The notes below the pieces were generated by a model. It saw nothing but the letters and a program-made list of their open reading frames with translations. It ran no database searches and had not been told where the DNA came from. Of a stretch of DNA of 64,000 bases, positions 38,353 through 47,755 are shown in pieces. A program made the position numbers and the translations under genes. Location of the stretch: IMG/VR virus record IMGVR_UViG_3300044972_000310, positions 2,138 to 66,137 of that record; one strand, written 5' to 3'. Each line of letters starts with the position of its first letter. Position 1 is the first letter of the stretch. This stretch comes from a virus (taxonomy: Duplodnaviria > Caudoviricetes).

Positions 38353-38655
38353 ATGAGCGCAACAGACGTAAAACTTGACGAAAAGATCAAACAAAAGGTT
38401 GAAGAACCGCATCGTTGGAAAGTTATCCTATTAAACGATGACCATACTCCTGTGGACTTTGTTATTGGAATCCTAACAGAGATTTTTAAACACAGCCAAG
38501 AAACAGCCAAGGGTATCACAATGCAGATACATACTGAAGGAAGTGGTATTGCTGGAGTTTACAGTTTTGAGATTGCTGAAGTAAAGGCAGTTGAAGCAAC
38601 TAATCTAGCTAGAGGCAACGGTTTCCCACTCCAAATTAAAATGGAAGAAGAATGA
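38353..38655 (+). CDS. clpS: ClpS N-end-rule adaptor
   Basis: VILLNDDHTPVDFV, QIHTEG, EIAEVK, FPL. Confidence 0.93.
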   Translation: MSATDVKLDEKIKQKVEEPHRWKVILLNDDHTPVDFVIGILTEIFKHSQETAKGITMQIHTEGSGIAGVYSFEIAEVKAVEATNLARGNGFPLQIKMEEE

Positions 38656-39203
38656 GTTTAAAAGAACTAACACACGAAGCACACCGTAACGCAGAAACAC
38701 AATCATTTGTCAAGATTTTATTCTCTGGCAAAATTAATCCAGAGTTGTATGCTGCCTATCTAAAAAATCAACACCCGTGTTATGAAATTTTAGAAGTGTG
38801 CGCTATGCCGCATGGATTACTACATGGCTTACCTGATATGCGTAGAGCACCCGCTATTTTAGAAGATTACTTAGAGTTGCATGATCCTACGCAGGAAGAG
38901 CCTAAAATTTTACCTGCAACTGAACGTTATATCAAGTACATTTTAAGTATTAAAGACGAGCCACAGAAATTAATGGCACACTTGTATGTACGTCATATGG
39001 GCGATTTGGCAGGTGGACAAATGATTGCAAAACGTGTTCCTGGTAGTGGAAAATATTATCAGTTTGAAAATCCCGATGCACTTAAGACTGCAATCCGCGA
39101 ACGACTAAATGATGACATGGCCGACGAAGCTAAAGTATGCTTTAAGTACGCCGAAGAGATGTTTAAAGAAATGATGACATTAGTTGAGTTTGTAGATGAG
39201 TAA
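38652..39203 (+). CDS. Heme oxygenase (HemO/Ho1-like)
   Basis: LKELT...H..AE, AHLYVRHMGDLAGGQ, EA..CF. Confidence 0.9.
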   Translation: MSLKELTHEAHRNAETQSFVKILFSGKINPELYAAYLKNQHPCYEILEVCAMPHGLLHGLPDMRRAPAILEDYLELHDPTQEEPKILPATERYIKYILSIKDEPQKLMAHLYVRHMGDLAGGQMIAKRVPGSGKYYQFENPDALKTAIRERLNDDMADEAKVCFKYAEEMFKEMMTLVEFVDE

Positions 39204-39876
39204 TGTTTGGGATACATTGATTGGGATAGAGCAACTACTTGAATCTAAGTTCTATGCGACAGGTAGTATTATTAACGAACCTGGTATGGATCGATTCAAT
39301 CAACCCGGGTGGGTAAACAAAGTATGGGCAAGTAGTCGTTATCGTCGTGCTCATATTGATGTAGTAGATGCTCGCACAACAAAAGGCCTGTGGATGATGC
39401 ATTGTTGTGTGTTCCCACATACACACAATCCTGCTCCTATTTTTGGATTTGATGTGATCGCAGGCAAGAATAAGATTACCGGCTGTTTTATTGATTACAG
39501 TCCTGCTGGAGATACTAATCATCCTATGATTGAGTATTTTGGTGAAGAAGTAGCTAGGTACGAGTGGAATAAGCCACGTAAATTGCCTGACTGGGCAGAG
39601 CGTATCTTTAGTAAGCATATGGTTGCAGCGGGTAATGTAAGTGACGAAGAAGAACTTCGTCAAATCTCAAGTCTTGCCAATATTCTAGTAAATCATTACT
39701 TAGAGTGCGTTGACGAAACTAATAATACTGCGGAAAACACTACAGAAGCGCAAAACTACTACGCACAGAATCAGAAGCAAAACCCGCATACTCCCAAAGT
39801 TATGGTTAGTCTAGGGCTAAGTGAAGACGATGTTCAGCACTTTATTCAGGAATGTTTGTTCCCGGAAATCAGCTAA
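39196..39876 (+). CDS. pcyX: Ferredoxin-dependent bilin reductase, PcyX/PcyA family
   Basis: RRAHID (D55), WMMHCC (H69), PIFGFDV (D86), LPDWA.IFS, Q..NPHT; adjacent to heme oxygenase. Confidence 0.8.
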   Translation: MSNVWDTLIGIEQLLESKFYATGSIINEPGMDRFNQPGWVNKVWASSRYRRAHIDVVDARTTKGLWMMHCCVFPHTHNPAPIFGFDVIAGKNKITGCFIDYSPAGDTNHPMIEYFGEEVARYEWNKPRKLPDWAERIFSKHMVAAGNVSDEEELRQISSLANILVNHYLECVDETNNTAENTTEAQNYYAQNQKQNPHTPKVMVSLGLSEDDVQHFIQECLFPEIS

Positions 39877-39886
39877 ATATTACACT

Positions 39887-41659
39887 ATGAGATTTACAGA
39901 GTTTAAATTAACAGAAGCAGTCCTAAGGGGCTCGTCATCCACTAGTTGGCCAGGTTACTTGAGAAATATGATTTCTGCTGGTAGTTTGTCGCTAGGTACA
40001 TCTGGTGAAAAAGCTAAAGGGTTAGTTTTAACTCCGGAATCAAAAGAAATTATCAACACCCTTGAAGTAGAAATTAAAGATGCAATAGCAACAAAGGGTA
40101 ATCTTGAACTAGTTAAATCAAAGATTGAGTCTACAGAAATATCGTTTACTAATGGAACAACTGCATTAATTAAATCTGTATTTAAGAGTCCTGAACTTAG
40201 ATCAGGTGCTGCAGATGTAAAAACTGGCGCACGTACTACTAAGTATTGGAACGATGGCGAAGTTGCAGAAACCTTCCTAGGTGTTGCACTATTTGCTCGT
40301 TTCAAAAGTAAAAAAGAAATTACCGCAGATCAAGTATACACAGAATTTAAAAAGTTAAAGGCTATACCTGGCGGTTTTATGATGAAGGGCAAGCGCGGCA
40401 ATAATCCAGTAGAAATGCTTGCAATTAATAAGCCAGCTAATAACCAAGCTATTGAAGAAATTTCATCAGATTTATCAAAATTTAAACGTGAATACCCAGA
40501 TGCATCTACAGAGTTATTAAAGTTAATTGATGCATCAGTTTCGTATGTTAATCAATCTAGTAATGTTTTTGAAGCTATTGCAAAAGCAGACAACGAACCT
40601 AATGCAGATAAGATTATTATTAAAACAGACGGAGTAAGCGATCAAACTGGAACTAAGGCTGACTTACAATTAAATGTAGGCGACTACGAAAGACTGCTAA
40701 GTTTAAAGGCAAATTATGTTAAACAATTTGGTCAAGACACTGGTGCTAGATATGAAGTTATTCAGACATTCTTTAGTAGATTTATCCCCGATGTAGATAT
40801 TTCAGCACTTGAATCTCAATGGCCGCAGATGGATGCTGCTAATTTAAAGAATTACAGAGCACAAGGCATTGCTAGAGATAAGTTTAACGAAGTTTATAGT
40901 TTAGTATCACAAGCATATACTACTGCATCTGATGTACTGAATTCTAAATTATCTAAGCCGGCAACTGCAAGTGGGGTAGTAACTGATCTATATAATGGTA
41001 TCATACACCATGCTCAAGGTAATGAAACAAAACAAGTAGTGGTAGTATTAAATCCTAGTGCAAATAAAGCATGGGCTGAATTAGAATTTGGTGAATCCCT
41101 AGCAACTTCTCTTGCTTCTTTTAGATTAGAAACTAAATTGACCCTAGCAGGGCAAGGTGGTAAGGATAATCATATCTTGCAAATTTTTGGCCGTCCTGCA
41201 AACAGTATTGCCGCAGTTGCAATGGATAATAATATCTCTTCTGATAAGCAAGCTCAACAGGCACTAGCAGTTGCTAAGAAACGAGCACCTAAGGTTGATC
41301 CAGAATTATTATTCCAACTAAGATCTTATGTTCAGGAAGCTGGTCCTACACTACGTAACATTGTCGAAATGGGGCCTCTGTTAAAAGATATTACAGAAGT
41401 ACAACAAATACAAAATGTTGCTAACACGCCTGAACCTGCTGAAGATGAACCACAAGTAGTACAACCGAGCAAATCAACACAGGCAACAAACGTGGCGGCG
41501 CCTACTCAAACGACTGCTACAACAAAAGGTGTACCAAGCGGTGCAACTAGTATTGCTCCTATGAGTGCAACTATAAACAAAGATCCTGCCGAAGAAGATC
41601 CAATGGCTGATAAAGAGTTAGATCGAGTTAAGAAAAATGCCGGTATTAGCGTCGAATAA
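39887..41659 (+). CDS. Putative virion-packaged protein with a PD-(D/E)xK-like core
   Basis: MRFTEFKLTE start 7 nt after TAAATA; NDGEVAE...TKADL...LSLK; ends ELDRVKKNAGI. Confidence 0.55.
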   Translation: MRFTEFKLTEAVLRGSSSTSWPGYLRNMISAGSLSLGTSGEKAKGLVLTPESKEIINTLEVEIKDAIATKGNLELVKSKIESTEISFTNGTTALIKSVFKSPELRSGAADVKTGARTTKYWNDGEVAETFLGVALFARFKSKKEITADQVYTEFKKLKAIPGGFMMKGKRGNNPVEMLAINKPANNQAIEEISSDLSKFKREYPDASTELLKLIDASVSYVNQSSNVFEAIAKADNEPNADKIIIKTDGVSDQTGTKADLQLNVGDYERLLSLKANYVKQFGQDTGARYEVIQTFFSRFIPDVDISALESQWPQMDAANLKNYRAQGIARDKFNEVYSLVSQAYTTASDVLNSKLSKPATASGVVTDLYNGIIHHAQGNETKQVVVVLNPSANKAWAELEFGESLATSLASFRLETKLTLAGQGGKDNHILQIFGRPANSIAAVAMDNNISSDKQAQQALAVAKKRAPKVDPELLFQLRSYVQEAGPTLRNIVEMGPLLKDITEVQQIQNVANTPEPAEDEPQVVQPSKSTQATNVAAPTQTTATTKGVPSGATSIAPMSATINKDPAEEDPMADKELDRVKKNAGISVE

Positions 41660-41680
41660 TAGCTGATTTCACCATTTAGA

Positions 41681-41714
41681 TTGCAAGGGCCATTAAAAGG
41701 CTATATAATAAATA
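41681..41714 (+). promoter_or_regulatory. Overlapping sigma70 and TAAATA promoters
   Basis: TTGCAA-17 nt-TATAAT, then AAATA. Confidence 0.6.
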
Positions 41715-41721
41715 GCATAAG

Positions 41722-42090
41722 ATGGAACTTTTAATATTACTCCTACTACTACAGATCAAGCATTGCTATGCTGACTTTGTACTCCAGACCTACATGCAAA
41801 CGGTTAAAAAAGGCGTGTGGATGGATCCTGTTGGAATTAGTCATACATTAGATCACATATACTGTTCTTTAATAGCATTATTGTTATTTTCTATATTTGT
41901 TCCATTAAGTGCCGTTAGCATATTACTTGTATCTTTAGTTGAAGGTGTTGTACATTACCTTGTTGATTACACAAAAGTAAAATACGGTAGCAAGGACAAT
42001 ACAAAACCCCTCTTCTGGACACAGTTTGGCCTAGATCAACTAGCGCATCAAGCAACCTACCTAGCCATGGTAGCGTATCTTATTAGTTAA
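41722..42090 (+). CDS. DUF3307 membrane protein
   Basis: KH..ADFVLQT, H...H, HYLVD..K, GLDQLAH. Confidence 0.85.
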   Translation: MELLILLLLLQIKHCYADFVLQTYMQTVKKGVWMDPVGISHTLDHIYCSLIALLLFSIFVPLSAVSILLVSLVEGVVHYLVDYTKVKYGSKDNTKPLFWTQFGLDQLAHQATYLAMVAYLIS

Positions 42091-42152
42091 AACTACACTT
42101 TTCTAAAATTTAGCACCTACTAAATACTAGGTAGATCTCAAGGAGCGAACCA

Positions 42153-42632
42153 ATGAGAAAAATCCTAGTATCAATAGGTCTGATTTTATCAGCAACACTA
42201 GCGCAAGCAGAACTAGTACATCAATTTAAAAATCCAGCGTTTAGCGGCGTTGGTTTCAGTAGCCACGTACTCACTATCGACAGCATTGAAAAGAGCCGTC
42301 GTGACGCTATTGAAGCAGATAAAAAATCTGCAATTGCAAAAGCAGAAGCTGAATTGCTGAACACGCCTTTGAATAGATTTATGAGTCTATTCCAAAGTCA
42401 AGTATATGCTCAACTTGCAACACAGTTAAGCAGCAATCTATTTCAAAACAAATGCTCAGCCGCAGACGGATCATCAATCCCGGGCTGCGTAAATCCAACA
42501 ACCGGTAATTTTGTTCTAGATGGCAATACAGTCACTTGGGTTAAATCTGTTGACAAAGTTACACTAACAGTAGTAGATGCTAAAGGTACTAGAACTACTG
42601 TAGTAGTACCAATTGCCAGCTTTAGTTTTTAA
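42153..42632 (+). CDS. csgF: Curli assembly protein CsgF-like
   Basis: Signal peptide followed by ELVHQFKNPAFSG, the CsgG-binding N-terminus. Confidence 0.8.
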   Translation: MRKILVSIGLILSATLAQAELVHQFKNPAFSGVGFSSHVLTIDSIEKSRRDAIEADKKSAIAKAEAELLNTPLNRFMSLFQSQVYAQLATQLSSNLFQNKCSAADGSSIPGCVNPTTGNFVLDGNTVTWVKSVDKVTLTVVDAKGTRTTVVVPIASFSF

Positions 42633-42641
42633 GGAGAAAAT

Positions 42642-43580
42642 ATGAAAGCAATTAAATTATCCTTAATTACATTAGCAATAGTAGCCTTAGCAGGTTGTTC
42701 AACTGTCCGCCCATGGGGCAGTACTAAAATTAAAGAAGAAGCCAAAGTAAGTGAAACAATCAACAAGAGTTTCTCTGTTATTCCAGCGCCAGCAGGCCCA
42801 GCAGTAACCGTAGCAGTATATGGTTTCAAAGACCTAACAGGACAGCGTAAGCCAAGTAGTACATTGAGCTTGTTCAGCACAGCAGTTACACAAGGTGCTG
42901 AAGCATACTTGATGAAGAGTCTACAGGAAGTCGGCAACCGTCAATGGTTCACAGTGGTTGAGCGTGTTGGCCTAGACAACTTGTTAAAAGAGCGTCAAAT
43001 GATCAAACAGACCCGTGAGATCTATGATGGTGCAAATGCCAAACCTTTACCTCCACTACAAATGGCAGGTGTTATTCTAGAAGGCGGCATTATTGATTAT
43101 AACAGCAATACACTAACAGGCGGCACTGGTGCTCGTTGGTTAGGCATTGGCACATCTACAGCCTACACACAAGATGTAGTTGTTATCAGCTTACGTTTAG
43201 TAAGCGTACAAACTGGAGAAGTCCTAACTACTGTTACAGTGGAAAAGAACTTGCTCAGCACCGCAGATGGTGCCACAGCGTTGAAGTTTTTCAACCAAGC
43301 GACTCAGGCATTTGAATTTGATTCAAGCCAAACATTTAACGAGCCAGGTAACTATGCCCTACGTTCAGCGATCGAAACAGCAGTTATTGAGTTAATTAAG
43401 AAAGGCGAACGTAATGGTTTATGGCAATTCAAGGAGAAGTCCAATGAGTTGGTTCAAACACAAACCAAGACTAAAGACGCAGCCAAAGCTGCACCCACAC
43501 CACAGCAGCCCAATATCGGAGCAGGTGTTGAAGGAAGCAAAGAAAAGAGTATCTGGGGAAGACTCCAGTTCTGGAAATAA
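42642..43580 (+). CDS. csgG: Curli secretion channel CsgG-like lipoprotein
   Basis: LAGC lipobox, VAVYGFKDLTGQRKP, STAVTQGA, VVER.GL.NL.KERQ, EGGIIDY. Confidence 0.9.
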   Translation: MKAIKLSLITLAIVALAGCSTVRPWGSTKIKEEAKVSETINKSFSVIPAPAGPAVTVAVYGFKDLTGQRKPSSTLSLFSTAVTQGAEAYLMKSLQEVGNRQWFTVVERVGLDNLLKERQMIKQTREIYDGANAKPLPPLQMAGVILEGGIIDYNSNTLTGGTGARWLGIGTSTAYTQDVVVISLRLVSVQTGEVLTTVTVEKNLLSTADGATALKFFNQATQAFEFDSSQTFNEPGNYALRSAIETAVIELIKKGERNGLWQFKEKSNELVQTQTKTKDAAKAAPTPQQPNIGAGVEGSKEKSIWGRLQFWK

Positions 43581-43599
43581 AAAGAATAAAGAAAAATAA
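43444..43599 (+). CDS. 51-aa basic ORF overlapping the csgG 3' end (MSWFKHKPR...)
   Basis: AAGGAG at 43431-43436, ATG 43444. Confidence 0.45.
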   Translation: MSWFKHKPRLKTQPKLHPHHSSPISEQVLKEAKKRVSGEDSSSGNKKNKEK

Positions 43600-43610
43600 C
43601 CAGACTGGGG

Positions 43611-43641
43611 TGTAAAAAAATTTACAGTAAAAATTTTTACA
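43611..43641. promoter_or_regulatory. Tandem CRP/NtcA-like palindromes
   Basis: TGTAA-N6-TTACA (43611-43626) and AGTAA-N6-TTACA (43626-43641) upstream of the curlin-like gene. Confidence 0.45.
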
Positions 43642-43729
43642 TGTCAGAAAAATAACAGCGGTAGTTTATATATGAGAAGTTCCTTTTAAATAAAATACAC
43701 AACGGACATTCAAGTCCAAAGGAAATATT

Positions 43730-44590
43730 ATGAAACAATTATTATTAGTATTAGCATTATTAACAGCGTTCCCAGTAATGGCTCAACAGGCTGTGCTGGC
43801 CCCAACTACGCCAACAATCCCGTCAGTGGCTACTGTTAGTCCAAACGCAGCCAGTGCATTAGCAGTTAGCACTACCAACAGAGTGTTTATTGATCAAAGC
43901 GGTGAGAACCCTAACGTTAATATCACACAAACAGGTACAGGCAACACAGTAGGTGCGGACACTACTTACCAAAAAGCACTAACAGGTATCCCTAACAGAC
44001 TAGGAACACCAACAACTAGAGCCTGGACATTAAGCAGTCCTGTATATCTAAGAGGTGCTGACCAAACTATTGTTACAGTACAAACAGGCAATAATAACAC
44101 TATCGGTCTAAGAGCAGAAAATCCTACAACAACAGGCGACGGAGTTAATGTTACTATTCAACAAATTGGTAACAGCAACGTAGTTGATGCTGCCTGCGGT
44201 GGCGGAACGGCTAGCAATGGAACCACTGCCTTAACAGGATGTAAGGATGCTGTGTTAAACTGGAAATTTGCTGGCAATACTAACGTGATGCAATTCCGTG
44301 GTACAGGTGACAATCTTAACAGCAATGTAGATACAGCTGGTAACAGCAATGAATTTTACATTGACGCTATTGGCAATAGTCATTCACAGACACTAAAAGT
44401 TGTTGGTGACTTTAACGTATTCAATGTTAGCCAAACAAGTACAGGCGCAAGTGGTAGCAGTGCTTGGATAGATGTTACAGGTAGCACCAATAGGTTTACC
44501 GTTAACCAAGCTGGAACTGTTGACAGCGTAGTTAACATCAAGAGTGTAGCCAGTACTGGAACCTGGAACATTAACCAAAAGACCAACTAA
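43730..44590 (+). CDS. Curlin-like secreted repeat protein (CsgA/CsgB-like)
   Basis: Signal peptide; repeated I/V-x-Q-x-G-x-x-N units. Confidence 0.75.
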   Translation: MKQLLLVLALLTAFPVMAQQAVLAPTTPTIPSVATVSPNAASALAVSTTNRVFIDQSGENPNVNITQTGTGNTVGADTTYQKALTGIPNRLGTPTTRAWTLSSPVYLRGADQTIVTVQTGNNNTIGLRAENPTTTGDGVNVTIQQIGNSNVVDAACGGGTASNGTTALTGCKDAVLNWKFAGNTNVMQFRGTGDNLNSNVDTAGNSNEFYIDAIGNSHSQTLKVVGDFNVFNVSQTSTGASGSSAWIDVTGSTNRFTVNQAGTVDSVVNIKSVASTGTWNINQKTN

Positions 44591-44599
44591 GGGCTAACA

Positions 44600-45769
44600 A
44601 TGAAAGTTGTTGCTCTTATCGTGGGCTTGATAATAGCCAGTTCGGCTTGGGCAGAGATTGGCTCTGTTACAGAAGCCAGTGGCACTGCTATCATCAAGCG
44701 TGGTAAGGACACAATTCAAATTGCCAAAGGCACGCAGATAAAGGTCAACGACAAAGTTGAAACCAAGAACGGAAAAGTCAAGATCGTTTTTAAAGACGAT
44801 ACAAATGTTACTGTTACTGAGTCAAGTAGCCTTGTTATTGATGACTTCGTTTATGATCCTAAAAGCGGAGCTGGCAAGTTGGGACTCAAAGCCGCCGCCG
44901 GCACAGTGCGTTATGTATCAGGAAGCATTGCTAAAGATCCAAAGAATGTAAAAATCAACACACCCACAGCGGCCATTGCTGTTCGTGGCACTGACTTTGT
45001 CATGGCTGTGAGCGAAACAGGTGCTAGTATGATCATGTTGATGCCCACTTGCGAAATAGAACAGAACGTAAATTTAAAAGGTCTTAGTTGCGGCAGCGGT
45101 GCTATTGATGTAGAAACACCATCTGGCATAGTTAAATTAAACCGCCCTTATCAAGCCACCCTAGTTGAAACCTTAAACGGTATACCTAGCCCTGCTGTGA
45201 TAGTTGCTCTTAATGGTATGGCTATTGGCAATAACCTAATGGTTAATCCTCCAAGAACAACTACTGGATTAAATGTTATTGCTGCCGCTCGTGCTGCCGC
45301 AGTAGCTACTGGCGATGCTAAGAAAGACGATAAGAAAGATAAGCGTGACGAAAAAGACGAAAAAGACGATGCTAAAGAAGAACGTCAACACGCTGCTAAT
45401 AAAGATGGGCCTGGCGGCAATAGATCACAGCGACAAGGTCGTAGTGCTAATGAAGGCGATGAGGATCCTGGTAATAGAACTAAAGTGGGTTTAGATACTA
45501 AAGAAGATACATTAGTCAGTCAAACGGCCACAGTTAGTGAAACAGAAAACCCTTACCTGTTTAAACTATGGAAAGACAAAAGTGAAACACAGCAGGTTGG
45601 TTGGATGTACGAAAGTCTAAGTCCCAACAGCAGAAACTATGCCAATGTGGTTATGCCTATGAACACTCAGGTACAGGTAATAGTAACACAAGATATGCAG
45701 ACTAACAGCTGGAACTTTTCAGCAGGTAAAGCCATAGGACAGATTGTTATCAATCAGAACTACAGATGA
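44600..45769 (+). CDS. FecR-domain periplasmic protein
   Basis: Signal peptide; D.V.T..G...I.F.DDT.V, G.VR..SG, I.TPTA.IAVRGTDF. Confidence 0.85.
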   Translation: MKVVALIVGLIIASSAWAEIGSVTEASGTAIIKRGKDTIQIAKGTQIKVNDKVETKNGKVKIVFKDDTNVTVTESSSLVIDDFVYDPKSGAGKLGLKAAAGTVRYVSGSIAKDPKNVKINTPTAAIAVRGTDFVMAVSETGASMIMLMPTCEIEQNVNLKGLSCGSGAIDVETPSGIVKLNRPYQATLVETLNGIPSPAVIVALNGMAIGNNLMVNPPRTTTGLNVIAAARAAAVATGDAKKDDKKDKRDEKDEKDDAKEERQHAANKDGPGGNRSQRQGRSANEGDEDPGNRTKVGLDTKEDTLVSQTATVSETENPYLFKLWKDKSETQQVGWMYESLSPNSRNYANVVMPMNTQVQVIVTQDMQTNSWNFSAGKAIGQIVINQNYR

Positions 45770-47595
45770 AAAAAATATTATTTGCCTTAATGTTATTATG
45801 CTCTAATGCGTTTGCTGCTATTACTGACGGCAAGTTCGGTATCAATCAAATATTCGATGTTCAATACAACTGGAGTGGAACTACATTAAATGCCAGCAAC
45901 TTTATTGCACCGTATAATAAAAACTTTCAAACAGTAACAGCAACCAGCGGACAGTACTTTCAGTTCTTTGCCAGCACTACCAATCCGGGAACCTATGGAT
46001 TGAAGTTGATGAACAGCAATGGCACACAACATAGCATTGTTCATGACACCGGCGAGATCACAGCTCTAGGTAATGGTGCTATCTTTTACCTTGGGTCTGG
46101 CTGGCTCGGCAATGTTATCACAACATCTACTGGATATAACTACGGTGCTAGTGCCCAATTCACTAATATGGATACTAGCGTTACTAGCAGTGATTTAAAC
46201 AATTATACATTTGCTAGTACAACACCCTTGGCTGCAGGTCAGACAGCACAGCCAGCAGCACCCACTTCCAACTGGCAACCTATTCGAACAACTACAAGTC
46301 CAGTACTGATCAGTGACATCTATCCTACCAGCTATAACAGCCCTAGTAACGAAACAGCAGTTAATGCATTTGACGGTAATGTGGGTACAAAATATCTAAA
46401 CTTCGACAAGCAGAACGCAGGAGTTACTGTTAAATTAACTCAAGGCCGAGTAGTTCAAAAGTTTACGTTAACTACTGCTAACGATTCTCCAGAACGTGAT
46501 CCTGCTAGCTACAAACTATATGGATCAAATGACGGCGTTAATTGGACTCTGATTAAAGAAGGTCCGCTATCGTTAAGTGATGGTAGATATGCTGTCAGCG
46601 GAGAAATAGCAGTTGCTAACACCAATGCGTATGTCTATTACTTTATGTTATTTCCCAGTGTTAAAAACAATAGCGGAAATAGTGTTCAGATTTCAGAAGT
46701 TACTTATTACTATGATTTAAATGATGGTGTAACCAGTACTGATACTGGATCAGGCGGAACACCTAGTAACCCCGGACAAGCTGGTAGCGTCTGTGCTGAC
46801 TGTGCTCCTAGTTGGCCAGCAACTAGTGATATTACTGTAAACCAAACTACACAACGTAATTCAGCTAAGAATCGTGTAAGTAATGTTTCGTTGGGTAACA
46901 GTTTATATGTTGAAGAAAAGATTGGTAGTAGCGGCAACTCAGTAACTGTAGAACAGACTGGATTTTACAATAAAATTTCGGGTCTAGGTGGAACTACGTA
47001 TGCAACACTCGAAGGTTCTAGTAACACAGTTAATATCAAGCAAGGTGACACACTAGGAAAAAATCTTATTGAGTTTGCCATTAAGGGTAACACCAACAAT
47101 GTTACTATATGGCAATCACGTAGTCCTGTAACAGGATTAAAAGATGGTAGCGAAAGTGGTGGCCACTATATAGGCTTAAACATTAACGGAAGTACTAATA
47201 CATTATCATTGAAACAGAGTAACGATGGTGGTGCAACAAGTGGACACTTTGCCTATGTCGATGTTACGGGCACGGGCAACAACGGCGCACTAAAACAAAT
47301 GGGTAACGGTGAGAAAACATTCTTTGGTATTATTAGTGGTAGCACTAATATTTTTGATGTTACACAACAAGGATCAGGCAGTTTCTTTGATCTAAGCCTA
47401 ACTGGTAACGGACATAATGTTACAGCTAACCAAAAAGACGCAGGTAGCCATAAAGCCACTATCAACTTAACCAACAATGGTGGTGCTAGTAATGTCACTT
47501 TAATACAGCAAGGTGCTACAGCGCAGAATATCAACATCACACAACAATGTGCTACACTATCAGGGTGTAGTGTTTCAGTGACACAGGGGCAATAG
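45766..47595 (+). CDS. Secreted curlin-repeat protein with internal discoidin (F5/8-C) domain
   Basis: NAFDGN..TKYL, TTANDSPERDP, LYGSNDG.NW; C-terminal Q-G-N curlin repeats. Confidence 0.75.
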   Translation: MKKILFALMLLCSNAFAAITDGKFGINQIFDVQYNWSGTTLNASNFIAPYNKNFQTVTATSGQYFQFFASTTNPGTYGLKLMNSNGTQHSIVHDTGEITALGNGAIFYLGSGWLGNVITTSTGYNYGASAQFTNMDTSVTSSDLNNYTFASTTPLAAGQTAQPAAPTSNWQPIRTTTSPVLISDIYPTSYNSPSNETAVNAFDGNVGTKYLNFDKQNAGVTVKLTQGRVVQKFTLTTANDSPERDPASYKLYGSNDGVNWTLIKEGPLSLSDGRYAVSGEIAVANTNAYVYYFMLFPSVKNNSGNSVQISEVTYYYDLNDGVTSTDTGSGGTPSNPGQAGSVCADCAPSWPATSDITVNQTTQRNSAKNRVSNVSLGNSLYVEEKIGSSGNSVTVEQTGFYNKISGLGGTTYATLEGSSNTVNIKQGDTLGKNLIEFAIKGNTNNVTIWQSRSPVTGLKDGSESGGHYIGLNINGSTNTLSLKQSNDGGATSGHFAYVDVTGTGNNGALKQMGNGEKTFFGIISGSTNIFDVTQQGSGSFFDLSLTGNGHNVTANQKDAGSHKATINLTNNGGASNVTLIQQGATAQNINITQQCATLSGCSVSVTQGQ

Positions 47596-47596
47596 G

Positions 47597-47755
47597 ATGT
47601 TTAACGCTATAGGCTCAATAATGTTAGCAGGCATGCTAGCCCAAGAGCCAAGGTGTGTAAAATGGACCTGGACGGGCGATGTCTACAATCGCAAGGTTGT
47701 ATGCTTAGAATGGACTAAACCTCCGCCTAAGGATAAGGATCCTAAGAAAACATGA
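47597..47755 (+). CDS. 52-aa small secreted protein not in the ORF track (MFNAIGSIMLAG...RCVKWTWTGDVYNRKVVCLEW...)
   Basis: Fills the gap between neighbours, ATGA overlap with the next gene, Cys pair. Confidence 0.6.
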   Translation: MFNAIGSIMLAGMLAQEPRCVKWTWTGDVYNRKVVCLEWTKPPPKDKDPKKT

